From positions 24,042-88,041 of IMG/VR virus record IMGVR_UViG_3300002460_000003: a DNA stretch of 64,000 nt; one strand, written 5' to 3'. The notes under the pieces are model-generated. The model did not search any database. It saw only the letters and a program-made list of their open reading frames with translations, and was not told where the DNA came from. Shown here one piece after another: positions 40,147 through 49,801 of the stretch; position 1 is the first letter of the stretch; each line of letters starts with the position of its first letter. Source of the DNA: a virus. The position numbers were made by a program, and so were the translations under genes.

Positions 40147-40467
40147 TCACCAGACATGAGCACCACCACGAACACGAGGTTTAACTCCAGTTAGTTCTTC
40201 AAAGCTATTGGCAGCAGCTTGTACTTCTGCAAACCATTGTTCATTAATCTCGTGATAGTTTGGAATCTTAAATCCAATAAACCAACTCTCAGAGGGAGAA
40301 TCATAATACGGACTTGCGGTTTCAAAGTAACACTCAATCACTTCATGCGGGTCTTCACAAGCTTCATGTTTAACTGTTTCACCACCTTCAATAATCTTTT
40401 CAAAGAAGTCCTCTAACTCATCATAAGAGCAGCCAACAAGCAAACTGTGGTCTACATCAATACCCAT
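40147..40467 (-). CDS. hypothetical protein
   Basis: Start MGIDVD after GGAGG. Confidence 0.6.
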   Translation of the reverse strand: MGIDVDHSLLVGCSYDELEDFFEKIIEGGETVKHEACEDPHEVIECYFETASPYYDSPSESWFIGFKIPNYHEINEQWFAEVQAAANSFEELTGVKPRVRGGAHVW

Positions 40468-40512
40468 ATCTACCTCCAAAGAATAAGGAGCATATTTCAG
40501 CTCCTATTTATA

Positions 40513-40761
40513 TTAACTATACATCTCTTGAATTTCTTGAAGCTTCTTCAGCTTATCTGCCTTACCCTGCAAATCATCAGATTTAGCTTTAGCTACAGCA
40601 GCATTGATAATCTCTTTTACACTATCCTTCTCAAAACCCTCAGTGTTGTATTCTTTATCGTAAGTAAACTCCCCAATTAGCTCCTTCATATCTTCCTTGT
40701 TGGTGATAGCTTCTTGAGCCAGTTGGTATGCACGGTTGTAAAGTGATTGAAGTTCTTTCAT
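40513..40761 (-). CDS. small helical protein, possibly dsDNA-binding (DsbA/GapR-like)
   Basis: EDMKEL...GF...I pattern, next to SSB; family call tentative. Confidence 0.45.
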   Translation of the reverse strand: MKELQSLYNRAYQLAQEAITNKEDMKELIGEFTYDKEYNTEGFEKDSVKEIINAAVAKAKSDDLQGKADKLKKLQEIQEMYS

Positions 40762-40847
40762 TATTTATTTCTCCTCAGTTTGTTTAAGTTTTATAATGCC
40801 CATTACTTTGAAATACTCTCCATAATGGGCAAGTTATTGCTTATTGA

Positions 40848-41528
40848 TCAGAACGGCAGTGGATCGGCGTTATCATCTTCAGGTTCTTGTTCTGGTGCAG
40901 CTTTGGCTGGAACGTCTTGTTCAGCAGCCTTTCCTTCAACCTTCTTCACCTTGTAAGACACACCAAGTACATCATCCTCAACACTATCAGCAGCGGCTTT
41001 CTGTTCATAAGGAACATGCTCAAGCACTTGCAGAGTATCCAGAGTGACAACCACCTGATTGTCTTGGTTACGATAGCCAAACAGTTTCAGTGTACAAACA
41101 GAACCATTACCTACGTTCTCAGTGAAGGCAGAACCATCAGCACCAATCACATTGACGGTCATTGGATTCCCTTTTTTACTGAACTCAGGCTTGGCTACAG
41201 TGAAGCCGTACATACCCTCAACAGCATCATAATTTACTTTCCCCTCCTCAACTTGGGAAGACAGTGGATATTTGATTCGACGTGGTGGCTTAGAGGTTTT
41301 ATCCTTACCAACAAGTGCAAAACTCTTATTCACCATCACTTCATCAAGCAGCTTATCTTTAGTCTCTTCATCAACAAACACAGTCACACTGTATTCACGA
41401 TCATCAGATTGATACTTCTTCTTAGGATCATGAACTGTAGCATAGAATACTGAAGCATCTTTGATATAGAGATTCACAGTTTCCAGACCACCAGTTTTAG
41501 GCAGTTCACGAATTACGATACTAGTCAT
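40848..41528 (-). CDS. single-stranded DNA-binding protein (gp2.5-like)
   Basis: VGNGS...LQVLEHVPY motif and acidic tail ending DPLPF. Confidence 0.8.
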   Translation of the reverse strand: MTSIVIRELPKTGGLETVNLYIKDASVFYATVHDPKKKYQSDDREYSVTVFVDEETKDKLLDEVMVNKSFALVGKDKTSKPPRRIKYPLSSQVEEGKVNYDAVEGMYGFTVAKPEFSKKGNPMTVNVIGADGSAFTENVGNGSVCTLKLFGYRNQDNQVVVTLDTLQVLEHVPYEQKAAADSVEDDVLGVSYKVKKVEGKAAEQDVPAKAAPEQEPEDDNADPLPF

Positions 41529-42039
41529 ATTTATTTCCTCTTTCGGTTGTGTATAATTTAGTCACTTAAAGTTGAGACTATTACATTTGCCTTTCGGCTG
41601 TTACTTGTGTTTCCACAAATTCATCAAATCTTCCCAGTCTCAGCAATAATCTCTAGTGCTTGGAAGCTAGGGACTACTTGTCGGATACCACTATACTCGT
41701 TTACATCAGCAGTTGCAAGTAGTTGTAGAATTTTATACATACCACTCCATGAGCTTGCAGACCGTTGTAGTGCTTTACCTTTTCGAGCTAGACGCTTTTT
41801 AGTTTTCAGTTTCATTTGTTTCTCCTTAGATTACTTGATTACATAGACGAACAGCTTGGTTTAGGGATTCTTCACTGGCTAGCTCACTTTCAATTGATAC
41901 CTCATCCAGCTCAAAGTCTCCCTTATTAACATTTTCCCATGCAAGTTCCAGAGCTTCGTCTTCATTTTCCGCATCTTGAACCACAACAGAACAATACGCT
42001 TTAACTAACACCTCATACGATGGCATGTTGCTTCTCCTC

Positions 42040-42255
42040 TTATTTACTAAACAGTTTAACAAGACCTAGGAATACTAGTGCAATACCAGCTAGACTCAGT
42101 ACAAAAGCAATTGGTAGCCACAATGGACTAAGTACCCACCACCAACTCCAAGCAGCTACAGCACCAATCCCAGCAAGCTTTAGAGTGATGAACACAATAG
42201 CCAGCAAACCACAGAAACCAATACCACCAGTTGAAGCTTCAGATTTGTTACTCAT
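42040..42255 (-). CDS. small membrane protein
   Basis: GIGF.GLL.IVFI.LKL.G...WSWWWVLSPLW conserved phage membrane motif. Confidence 0.75.
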   Translation of the reverse strand: MSNKSEASTGGIGFCGLLAIVFITLKLAGIGAVAAWSWWWVLSPLWLPIAFVLSLAGIALVFLGLVKLFSK

Positions 42256-42266
42256 CAGTGTACTCC

Positions 42267-42560
42267 TTATTTAAGTTTAGATTCATCAAAAGCTTCAAAT
42301 GTAATGATAGCTTTACATGACTGCATCTTACCATTTTTGTAGTAACTTTTCCACTGGTCGCCTTGCTCCTCACCATCCCCTTCAACAACGATCAGTTGGT
42401 CAGGGAACATTTTACTTACCTCTTTGCAATGTTCGTCACAACCATACCACTTGGCATTCATAGTACCATTGTACCAGCCACCGTAGCCGGAAGCCTCCTC
42501 AATAGCTGTAATAACTTCAGGGCTGTTACTGGAAATATCAAAGTCTGTGTAATAACCCAT
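42267..42560 (-). CDS. hypothetical protein
   Basis: MGYYTDF...KWY...GDGEE conserved phage pattern. Confidence 0.65.
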   Translation of the reverse strand: MGYYTDFDISSNSPEVITAIEEASGYGGWYNGTMNAKWYGCDEHCKEVSKMFPDQLIVVEGDGEEQGDQWKSYYKNGKMQSCKAIITFEAFDESKLK

Positions 42561-42743
42561 CCTAACGTACCTCCTTGACAGCTTCCAATACAAAGCGCTT
42601 CTGGATAATCTTAGCATTAATATTACTTTCTTTCCAATACTTTTTCTCTGCTCTCGCCTCACTCCGAGTAAAGCACTTATAAGACGGACCATTCTCTGTT
42701 ACAACAAGGTACTCATATTTTGTAGTCATTTTAAATCTCCTCT

Positions 42744-42986
42744 TTAAACATAGCCAATTTGATAGAACTCGTCAAGTGCAGTAATGACGTTTGTATATGC
42801 TTGTGCACATAGAGGACCACTTGCATCCTTCTCAAGACTTTCAAGAAGCTTCTTCACCACATCCATAGTAAACGTCACATCAGCGACAGCTAAATCTACA
42901 TCAAGAATTAGCTCAAGGGATTCATCCCATGTTAGATGACTAATCATATCTCTAACATCGATCTCCACATTTGTTAATACATTCAT
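42744..42986 (-). CDS. hypothetical protein
   Basis: 80 aa downstream of a TTGACA element at 43064-43069 (minus strand). Confidence 0.6.
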   Translation of the reverse strand: MNVLTNVEIDVRDMISHLTWDESLELILDVDLAVADVTFTMDVVKKLLESLEKDASGPLCAQAYTNVITALDEFYQIGYV

Positions 42987-43089
42987 TCATCCTCTCCTCA
43001 TTCAATTTATCAATGCCCTTTATCTCTTGAGCTGGTATGTATTATTTCAGATTTACAGGGTTGTGTCAAGGGAATATTTGGTTATTTTA

Positions 43090-45234
43090 TCAGTGAATGT
43101 CTGAATACCTATAACCATATTGCGTGTCACACCCAAGCTTCCTACGTAGTTTATACTTTTCATTCACAATGTCAATAGATGATAGAATAATTTCCTTAAA
43201 CTCCTCCTTATACTTCGGTAAGTCCTTGATTACTAAGACATTCTCATCATGAAAGGATGCTGTCAAGGTCTTCTTGCCATACTTAGCCTGCATTTGGTCT
43301 AGGATAGCATCTACCCACATATCAAAGAAATAGCTGCCTGTACCTTGGGCAAGTGTAGAGAACCTATCAGACTCTTTTCGTAATGCATAAGCGAACCCGT
43401 TAACTGGGTTGACAAGCCACTTGTTACCCTTGCTGTCACGGATTACAACCTGTTCTTCTGCAATAGCTTTTACAGACCAGTTTAGCTTCCAGTAAGCCTC
43501 ATGTAGAGCTTTACCTTCTGCAAGACTTACACCTGCTGCCTGAGCAATCTTGGCAGCCCCAGCATTATACACAGAAGCATAGTTAGTTGTCTTACCTTTC
43601 TTACGTGCTGCCTTTGCATTAGCCGATTTATAACCACGCTTGAAGTCTTCAAACTCTTTCTGTGTAACCATTCTAGCAGTGAGTGCCATCAAAATGTGTG
43701 GGTCAAAGTCATCCTCCTGCATTGTTGCAACATAATCAGGGTCATGAGCCAACATGAAGTGATGCTTGCAACGGTCTTCAAGGCTGCTAAGGTCAGAGCC
43801 TACACTTGTTTTACCTTTGCCAGCAATCAGCACACCACGAATGTCTTTACCATATGCTTTATCTACTCCGGGCAGATTAACCAACTCTCGATGCTGAACC
43901 CTGAGTGTATTAGTGAAGCCACCAATACGGGCTTGTAACCATTTACCATCCTTCAAGTCACGGATGAAACCCTTAACCAACCCTAAGCGGTGCTTTGCTA
44001 CGTTGTAGGCTGCATACTTACGAATCTCTGGTACTTGTTCAGCCAGCTCTAGTACAGACTCACACAACTCCTTACCATCGTCACCACCTACTGTTATCTG
44101 TGGAATAGCACGTTCCTCTGGACGACACTCTTTCCACTCATTCCACTTGCTATGATGTGACCCTTCCTTTGGTTTCTTAGCAATCCAAGCATTAAATTTA
44201 TCTTCGTCTTTCTCATATTTGAAAGATATTGGTTCCCAGCCATAGGAGTAAAGCAGGCTTTTAACCTGAATAGGTGATGATGCACTTGGTTCTTCATAAC
44301 CAGTGAGCACCTTAAACACACCTTTTACATCTGTTTCTTCAACCTTCAGTGTACCATTTTCATCCACTTCCTTAGCTTTAAAAGTCTCCATCAACTCTTT
44401 CCACTTAACACCGATAACAGAAAGGGTTCCATCCTTCTTGAATGACTTCTTTGGGGCTTCCTTCTTAGAATACTGAGGAACTCTTGGCATAACGCTTTCA
44501 AGTTCATCCTTTGCAGCATTACATATTACTTCAAGCTTGGCCTCTGTTTCAAGTAGAAGATCAACATCAACTTCCCACATTGTTTTCTCTTGTAGCCGAG
44601 CGCAGTCCATCTTGAACATCAAAAATGTCAGCAGGCGGTTGATGTGATCTTCAACAGACAAACCAACAAGATCATCAATAGCTAAAGATTCATCATCAGA
44701 AATCCGCTTACCACCAACTGCCCCAGCATCAATCTCAACCTTAACAGTTGTGTAGATTTCTATTAGGCGTTGTTTTAAGTCTTTCCACAAAGCTTGGTTG
44801 ATCTTAACGTCTTCTTTTACACGATTCTCATACACTTCATAAGGCTGTTCAGACCAATCATCTACGGCAGGTTTCTCAATACCATAGTCTTCATGGAATG
44901 AACCCAAACCATGTACACGACGATTAAAATTGAGATACCAGCTTACAGCCAACGTATCAATTAGCATCAAACGTGACAAATCAATATTAAACAGCTTCTC
45001 CATAAGTGGAATATCAAATGATATACCGTTATGCATGACCATTGGAATTTCATTATCCATGTGGTATAGAAAGCACTTAACGATTCTGTCTGACTGAGTG
45101 CTACCGTTAAATGTAGAGACTCCCTTACCATCTAACTGATAACCCAATACATGCAGCTTTGTGGCTACATCTAGGAGTCCATCAGATTCTAGGTCAGCCA
45201 CAGTGGCCTTTTTCCAGTTGTAAATCTTTTTCAT
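43090..45234 (-). CDS. family A DNA polymerase with 3'-5' exonuclease
   Basis: DLESDG (Exo I), HNGISFD, motif A DLSSLEDR, motif B RKKGKTTNY, motif C HDE. Confidence 0.95.
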   Translation of the reverse strand: MKKIYNWKKATVADLESDGLLDVATKLHVLGYQLDGKGVSTFNGSTQSDRIVKCFLYHMDNEIPMVMHNGISFDIPLMEKLFNIDLSRLMLIDTLAVSWYLNFNRRVHGLGSFHEDYGIEKPAVDDWSEQPYEVYENRVKEDVKINQALWKDLKQRLIEIYTTVKVEIDAGAVGGKRISDDESLAIDDLVGLSVEDHINRLLTFLMFKMDCARLQEKTMWEVDVDLLLETEAKLEVICNAAKDELESVMPRVPQYSKKEAPKKSFKKDGTLSVIGVKWKELMETFKAKEVDENGTLKVEETDVKGVFKVLTGYEEPSASSPIQVKSLLYSYGWEPISFKYEKDEDKFNAWIAKKPKEGSHHSKWNEWKECRPEERAIPQITVGGDDGKELCESVLELAEQVPEIRKYAAYNVAKHRLGLVKGFIRDLKDGKWLQARIGGFTNTLRVQHRELVNLPGVDKAYGKDIRGVLIAGKGKTSVGSDLSSLEDRCKHHFMLAHDPDYVATMQEDDFDPHILMALTARMVTQKEFEDFKRGYKSANAKAARKKGKTTNYASVYNAGAAKIAQAAGVSLAEGKALHEAYWKLNWSVKAIAEEQVVIRDSKGNKWLVNPVNGFAYALRKESDRFSTLAQGTGSYFFDMWVDAILDQMQAKYGKKTLTASFHDENVLVIKDLPKYKEEFKEIILSSIDIVNEKYKLRRKLGCDTQYGYRYSDIH

Positions 45235-45291
45235 TTGCCCTCCTGTGTTGTGTCAGCAACAATACCACAAATAACTGACCAAGTAAATAGC

Positions 45292-47010
45292 TTAGAGTGA
45301 ATCTCCTTCCCACTCATACTGTAGGAGGAGTCCTGTTGCTTGGTCATAACGTGTCTTAAATTTATCTTCGCCACCAAACATGCGATTTTTGATACAACCC
45401 AAGAAGCTGTTAGCTTTTAGGTCTCCCTGTGCATGTTTGTTACGTTCAAAGCTCATAATCAATGGGAAAGCACGCATGATACCACGACTGCCTGTAAGCT
45501 GACTAGCAAGCACTTCACCGCCATTCTCATGGTCTTTCATATCCTTACCCTTTGGTGGGTTAAGGTGACTATAGAGGTCAATGTGGACATCCAGTTCTGC
45601 TGCAAGGTTAGCCAGCTCACTAGACCACTTATTAATAAACTCATTAGCTTCACCACTTGATAGATGGTCAACTAGTCGTGTCATGTTATCAATAGCATGA
45701 AAGCGTACACCATACTCCATTGTATTGTAGCGGATTGCTTTTACAATTTCTTCAATGTCAAATCTGTTTTGTGCTGCTTGTCCATCAGACTCCCATAGGA
45801 ATAGTTTACCCTCTAGGCTATAAGCTGTCTCTAGATACTGCTCTCGGTGACGTTCATGAATATTTGGTACGTGGTATGGGATACCATCAATTTTACCAGC
45901 AATGTTATACAAAGTGGAGCGGTTAGGTTCTTCAAGCAAGGCAACAAACACTTTTTCATTGTGTTGTGTGATGTTGTGTGCGTGCTTCATGTGTGCGATC
46001 AGTGTTTTACCTAAACCAACACCTGCTGCTGTACAAGTAGCCTCTCCCATACGCTGAGTACAGTTCATATCTGTAAACGCCTGCCAAGGATAAGCAAAGC
46101 CGGGCTTAGGTGGCTCAGAGTCACGAGACAAGACAGTAGACACGCCAACAACACCTTCAGTAACAGGCTTTGCACTCTTCCAAATACAGAAGTCTGCAAA
46201 CAAGTCACTATCCCCACGTTGTAGGGCTTCATTAGCATCCTTGGCGTTAGTTGGGTAAGTGTTCACTTTAACGTCTGGCATAATCTTCTGTACATCTTTT
46301 ACAGCTTTCTTACCAGCCTCATCGTTATCAAAAACAAGAACAATTTCAGTGAAGAATTTGTTAATCTCCTTACGCATACGTCCTAGAGTAGTAACAGCAC
46401 TACCCACACCATGAGGCAGACTTACCACAGAGAACTTGTTGTAAGAGCTTTTACGCTTCTCTGCATGAGCCTCAAGCATCTGCTCTAGTGCCCGACAATC
46501 CCACTCACCTTCTGTGATGTATAGGCGAGGCTTAGGGCCATTAGCATTCTTCTTTGCAATCTCCCAATTGAATAGGTCAGCACCTTTGATATCACCAACA
46601 GACCACATTGCTTTCTTATCAAGCATGATGGCTTTATAGCCAAGTAGTTTACCCTCAAGTGTATAAGGGAAGTTAAAGGTAAAAGGTGTTACGCCATCAA
46701 ACTCGCTGTAAGCCAGCTTAATACCAGATTTAGCAAAGTATTCAGGGTTAATGCCCCGATGAACAAACTTAGGAGCTTTTAGGTTACGAATCTCTTGGAT
46801 TTCTTCGTTGATTTCATCCTCTGATTTTCGCTTAGGTGGCTTTGGTAGCTTACCATTATAAGGGTCTTCTATATATGCCTCAAGACCTTTTGCAGCACAG
46901 CTAAAGCAATAACCAGAGAACGTATTTTTACCGTCATCATAGAACACTTGCAGGCTGTTCTCAGACTTACAATGTTCAACAGCATGTTTAATCTTTTCTA
47001 CGCAGCTAAT
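45292..47010 (-). CDS. primase-helicase, ATT start 21 codons upstream of the ORF-track start
   Basis: Zn-finger region (C..CFSC), TOPRIM ITEGEWD and FDNDEAG, Walker A GVGLGKT, SHL and GSR motifs; GGAGGTG 4 nt before ATT. Confidence 0.88.
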   Translation of the reverse strand: MSCVEKIKHAVEHCKSENSLQVFYDDGKNTFSGYCFSCAAKGLEAYIEDPYNGKLPKPPKRKSEDEINEEIQEIRNLKAPKFVHRGINPEYFAKSGIKLAYSEFDGVTPFTFNFPYTLEGKLLGYKAIMLDKKAMWSVGDIKGADLFNWEIAKKNANGPKPRLYITEGEWDCRALEQMLEAHAEKRKSSYNKFSVVSLPHGVGSAVTTLGRMRKEINKFFTEIVLVFDNDEAGKKAVKDVQKIMPDVKVNTYPTNAKDANEALQRGDSDLFADFCIWKSAKPVTEGVVGVSTVLSRDSEPPKPGFAYPWQAFTDMNCTQRMGEATCTAAGVGLGKTLIAHMKHAHNITQHNEKVFVALLEEPNRSTLYNIAGKIDGIPYHVPNIHERHREQYLETAYSLEGKLFLWESDGQAAQNRFDIEEIVKAIRYNTMEYGVRFHAIDNMTRLVDHLSSGEANEFINKWSSELANLAAELDVHIDLYSHLNPPKGKDMKDHENGGEVLASQLTGSRGIMRAFPLIMSFERNKHAQGDLKANSFLGCIKNRMFGGEDKFKTRYDQATGLLLQYEWEGDSL

Positions 47011-47046
47011 GATACACCTCCAAATTTAGTTGTCTCTTTATTGAGA

Positions 47047-47346
47047 TTAATACTCACAATCATTCTTCATTTCTTCCAGCTCAACCATCACCTTCTCTTC
47101 AAGCAATTCAGCATACTCATCAGCAAGGTCTTGAGCTTCTAGGTCAAACCACTCTCGATCACTACCATCCTCATACTCTTCATAAACATGACCACAAACC
47201 CACTCAAGCTCAGTGTAACCAAAAGCATCTTCTGGTGTATCTGCTCTCATCCCCATAGGTTTCTGAACATACAGGTAAGTGATTGTAATGTCAAATACAT
47301 AGCTGTCAATACAGATTTCTAGGTCAAACGGAGTGAATTTAGACAT
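47047..47346 (-). CDS. hypothetical protein
   Basis: Start MSKFTPF after GGAG; acidic. Confidence 0.6.
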   Translation of the reverse strand: MSKFTPFDLEICIDSYVFDITITYLYVQKPMGMRADTPEDAFGYTELEWVCGHVYEEYEDGSDREWFDLEAQDLADEYAELLEEKVMVELEEMKNDCEY

Positions 47347-47612
47347 TGGGGTTCTCCAGACTATACTTGGCAACTCTGCGCATTTCTATCGCATCATTTG
47401 ATGGATATTCTACAATCTCTTTTAAGACTTCACGAAACCGTTCAGTTTCAACCTCAGTTTCTATCAACAATGATAAAATCTCTATGTGTTCTGCTACTCT
47501 GATGGTTAGTCGATCTTTTAGAAATTCAACTTCTTTTTGAAGTTCCTCAATAGCATCCAATAACGTACCAGCTTCAATACCACCCTCTGCCCACTCCTGA
47601 CGATAATTCATT

Positions 47613-48014
47613 TCATTCCTCCAATTCTTCATTCCAAGACTCAGCTTGTTCAAACAACTGCTGAGCATCATAGAAGATGCTTCCAGCTTCGTCAACAGAA
47701 TCTATTGATGTGTAATAGCTATCACCATCATGATCATAATCCCACCCAAGCTGGTAACTACAAACCTCACCTGTTTTGAAAGCAATGTGAGCATTAAAAT
47801 AACTTACATAGCTATGACAGTCAAAGTGAGGTTGATCCCACATGCCGCCATCTCGATTAAACCGGGAGAATGCAGGGTGCTTCGGGTAGATGTAAAGGTA
47901 AACACACCACTTATTATCTCCATCATACCCAATATGTTTAGTCACTGAAACAAGAAAGTTCTTACCCTCTTTCTTCCATTCAAGCTTTGGTTTCCATCCT
48001 TCTAAATTAGCCAT
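47613..48014 (-). CDS. hypothetical protein
   Basis: 133 aa, W.VY.YI...HP and LGWDYDH conserved phage pattern. Confidence 0.65.
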   Translation of the reverse strand: MANLEGWKPKLEWKKEGKNFLVSVTKHIGYDGDNKWCVYLYIYPKHPAFSRFNRDGGMWDQPHFDCHSYVSYFNAHIAFKTGEVCSYQLGWDYDHDGDSYYTSIDSVDEAGSIFYDAQQLFEQAESWNEELEE

Positions 48015-48253
48015 TTTAACTCCCCTTACAATCTGCTAGGATTTCTTCAATATATACTGCTTCATTATCCATGTTAGCCTCACTATTCCACATAGCGGTT
48101 GCAGCTTTCTCCAGTGCTTCTCGTAAGCGCTCAATTTCAGCGGATAAAGCAATGGCATATTGACGTACCTCTTCTAGAGAGCCAAAATCCACACTGTTTG
48201 AGTCAGGCGCTTCACTCATTTTCATTCCTCCAATTCATTAGTTTCAAGATTAG

Positions 48254-48283
48254 ATTCTACACCCTCTCCACAACCACTGTCAA
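48254..48283 (-). promoter_or_regulatory. sigma70-type promoter for replication module
   Basis: TTGACA-18-TAGAAT on the minus strand. Confidence 0.6.
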
Positions 48284-48472
48284 ACATCAATTCAATAGCC
48301 TCTTTCCCTTGTGTATCTGACCCCTCAGAAGCGTTTTCTAGGTCATCTAGGGCTACCATACTAGGTAGGTCTTGTCGTCCTTCTATTGTCCCTTCTAAAA
48401 GGCTCTATAATCGACGACAAGATTTGTGCATGTGGTGGGCTACTGGATTACGAGATAGACCCGCTTTGTTTT

Positions 48473-48832
48473 TCATTTTGGTACAGGTACGTTAGAAATC
48501 CACTCAGCCACATCATAGTGTTCAGAGTAACACTTCCTATCTCCAAACACCCTCACGACAAACTGATCATTCAGATGGATGAGAGTTGGTGAGTTATTTC
48601 TATTGAACATCCTAACCCAATAATAGCCGGGAAGGTCTGGAGTTTTGTTGCTGTCGATCAAACCTTCGTATTCCTCTGGTGACATATACCAAGAGGAGCC
48701 TTCATCATCAACAAAACCTAAACACATTTCTGAATGCTCTTCCTCTAGGTATTTTCGCATGACTACCTCACCAATGTCAAATTCATGACCTGTGAAGCAA
48801 GCTGTGACTTTAACCTTTGTGCCTTCTTTCAT
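48473..48832 (-). CDS. hypothetical protein
   Basis: Start MKEGTKV after AGGAG, downstream of the promoter at 48867-48894. Confidence 0.65.
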   Translation of the reverse strand: MKEGTKVKVTACFTGHEFDIGEVVMRKYLEEEHSEMCLGFVDDEGSSWYMSPEEYEGLIDSNKTPDLPGYYWVRMFNRNNSPTLIHLNDQFVVRVFGDRKCYSEHYDVAEWISNVPVPK

Positions 48833-48866
48833 CTCATCTCTCCTCTGTTTTGTTCCGATGTGCCCT

Positions 48867-48957
48867 ATCATACCAGCTTTACACCCATTGTCAACAGGTT
48901 CTTCTCTAAAATCTTTTCTATTGAAACACTTGACTCTGAGATTTCTAGGTGTATAAT
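48867..48957. promoter_or_regulatory. back-to-back divergent sigma70 promoters
   Basis: Minus: TTGACA(48894-48889)-16-TATGAT. Plus: TTGACT(48930)-16-TATAAT(48952). Confidence 0.7.
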
Positions 48958-48963
48958 AGCTCA

Positions 48964-49170
48964 CTTACCTTTTGGTATAGGCGTTCCGATGGTTCCCTTG
49001 GCTAGCAGCCTAAAGCAAACCTGTCAATTTGTCGTTGTGGAGGAATTGTAGCGAACAATCTCCTGTGAAGCAAGCGATTCATGACTCTAATGAAGAGTAA
49101 GTGGTGGCAACATCGTCCCCTGATGACCTCCGACTGTGGCAACACACGCAAGCCCGACACGCTTAGATAT
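48964..49170 (+). ncRNA. candidate structured ncRNA 1
   Basis: Follows a promoter, no credible ORF, several hairpins including two with GCAA tetraloops. Confidence 0.5.
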
Positions 49171-49232
49171 GAATGAGAATTTATTTTCTCCTAGTGGTTG
49201 ACACTAGCCTATGATAGTCGTAGTATCTGAGC

Positions 49233-49400
49233 CATAGAGGGTTAAGTCTATGAAGGAATGCACCTACGGGAATGGTGCTAGGGCATAGCTAAAGGCCCAA
49301 GAGATTGAATCTGTATCCTCTTGCTCTATTACTAGAGAGCAGTGGTTTCCACCCTAACCTCAGAGATGCTGAGGGGGAGGCCACAGGATATAGAGGGGGA
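49233..49400 (+). ncRNA. candidate structured ncRNA 2 / leader
   Basis: Follows TTGACA(49198)-17-TAGTAT; tandem hairpins and a three-way junction. Confidence 0.5.
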
Positions 49401-49585
49401 AAGAACAACTTAAATTTGAGGAGATGGTGAAATGATCTACGCAATCTACATAAATGGTGTTTACAAACGATGCTCGGGGGGGTGATACTAAATCTCAAGC
49501 ACTGAATGCAGCTCTCAACGAAGGAATGCATTTGTTGATTAGTGATAAGGTGCATCTAGTACAGACTAAGATAGGAGGGAGTACG

Positions 49586-49801
49586 ATGAAAATTTACGAT
49601 GTATTTGTTGATCAAGTGCATATCGACAAGAAAGAGACTCGTATCAAAAATTATCAGGTGGTTGGTTGTGACCTTTATCAAGCCGTATTCTGTGCTGGTC
49701 AGCGATTCCATGATAATACTGACTGGGTAACAGAAAAACTCAAAGTCGGCTCATTAGATGGTAAAGAGTTTTACGAGACAGTTTTTGAGGGCGGGGAATG
49801 A
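49586..49801 (+). CDS. hypothetical early protein
   Basis: AGGAGG RBS before MKIYDV. Confidence 0.6.
   Translation: MKIYDVFVDQVHIDKKETRIKNYQVVGCDLYQAVFCAGQRFHDNTDWVTEKLKVGSLDGKEFYETVFEGGE

Noticed and set aside
30832-45234. Introns or inteins in nrdA, nrdB or DNA polymerase
   Set aside because: Frames are continuous, lengths are normal and no splicing motifs were seen
48290-48470. Non-coding stretch with several CTAG/CTAGG words as an origin or repeat
   Set aside because: No clear iterons or stable inverted repeat; not supportable by eye
49120-49126. CTGATGA as a hammerhead ribozyme core
   Set aside because: No downstream stem II plus GAAA in the required arrangement
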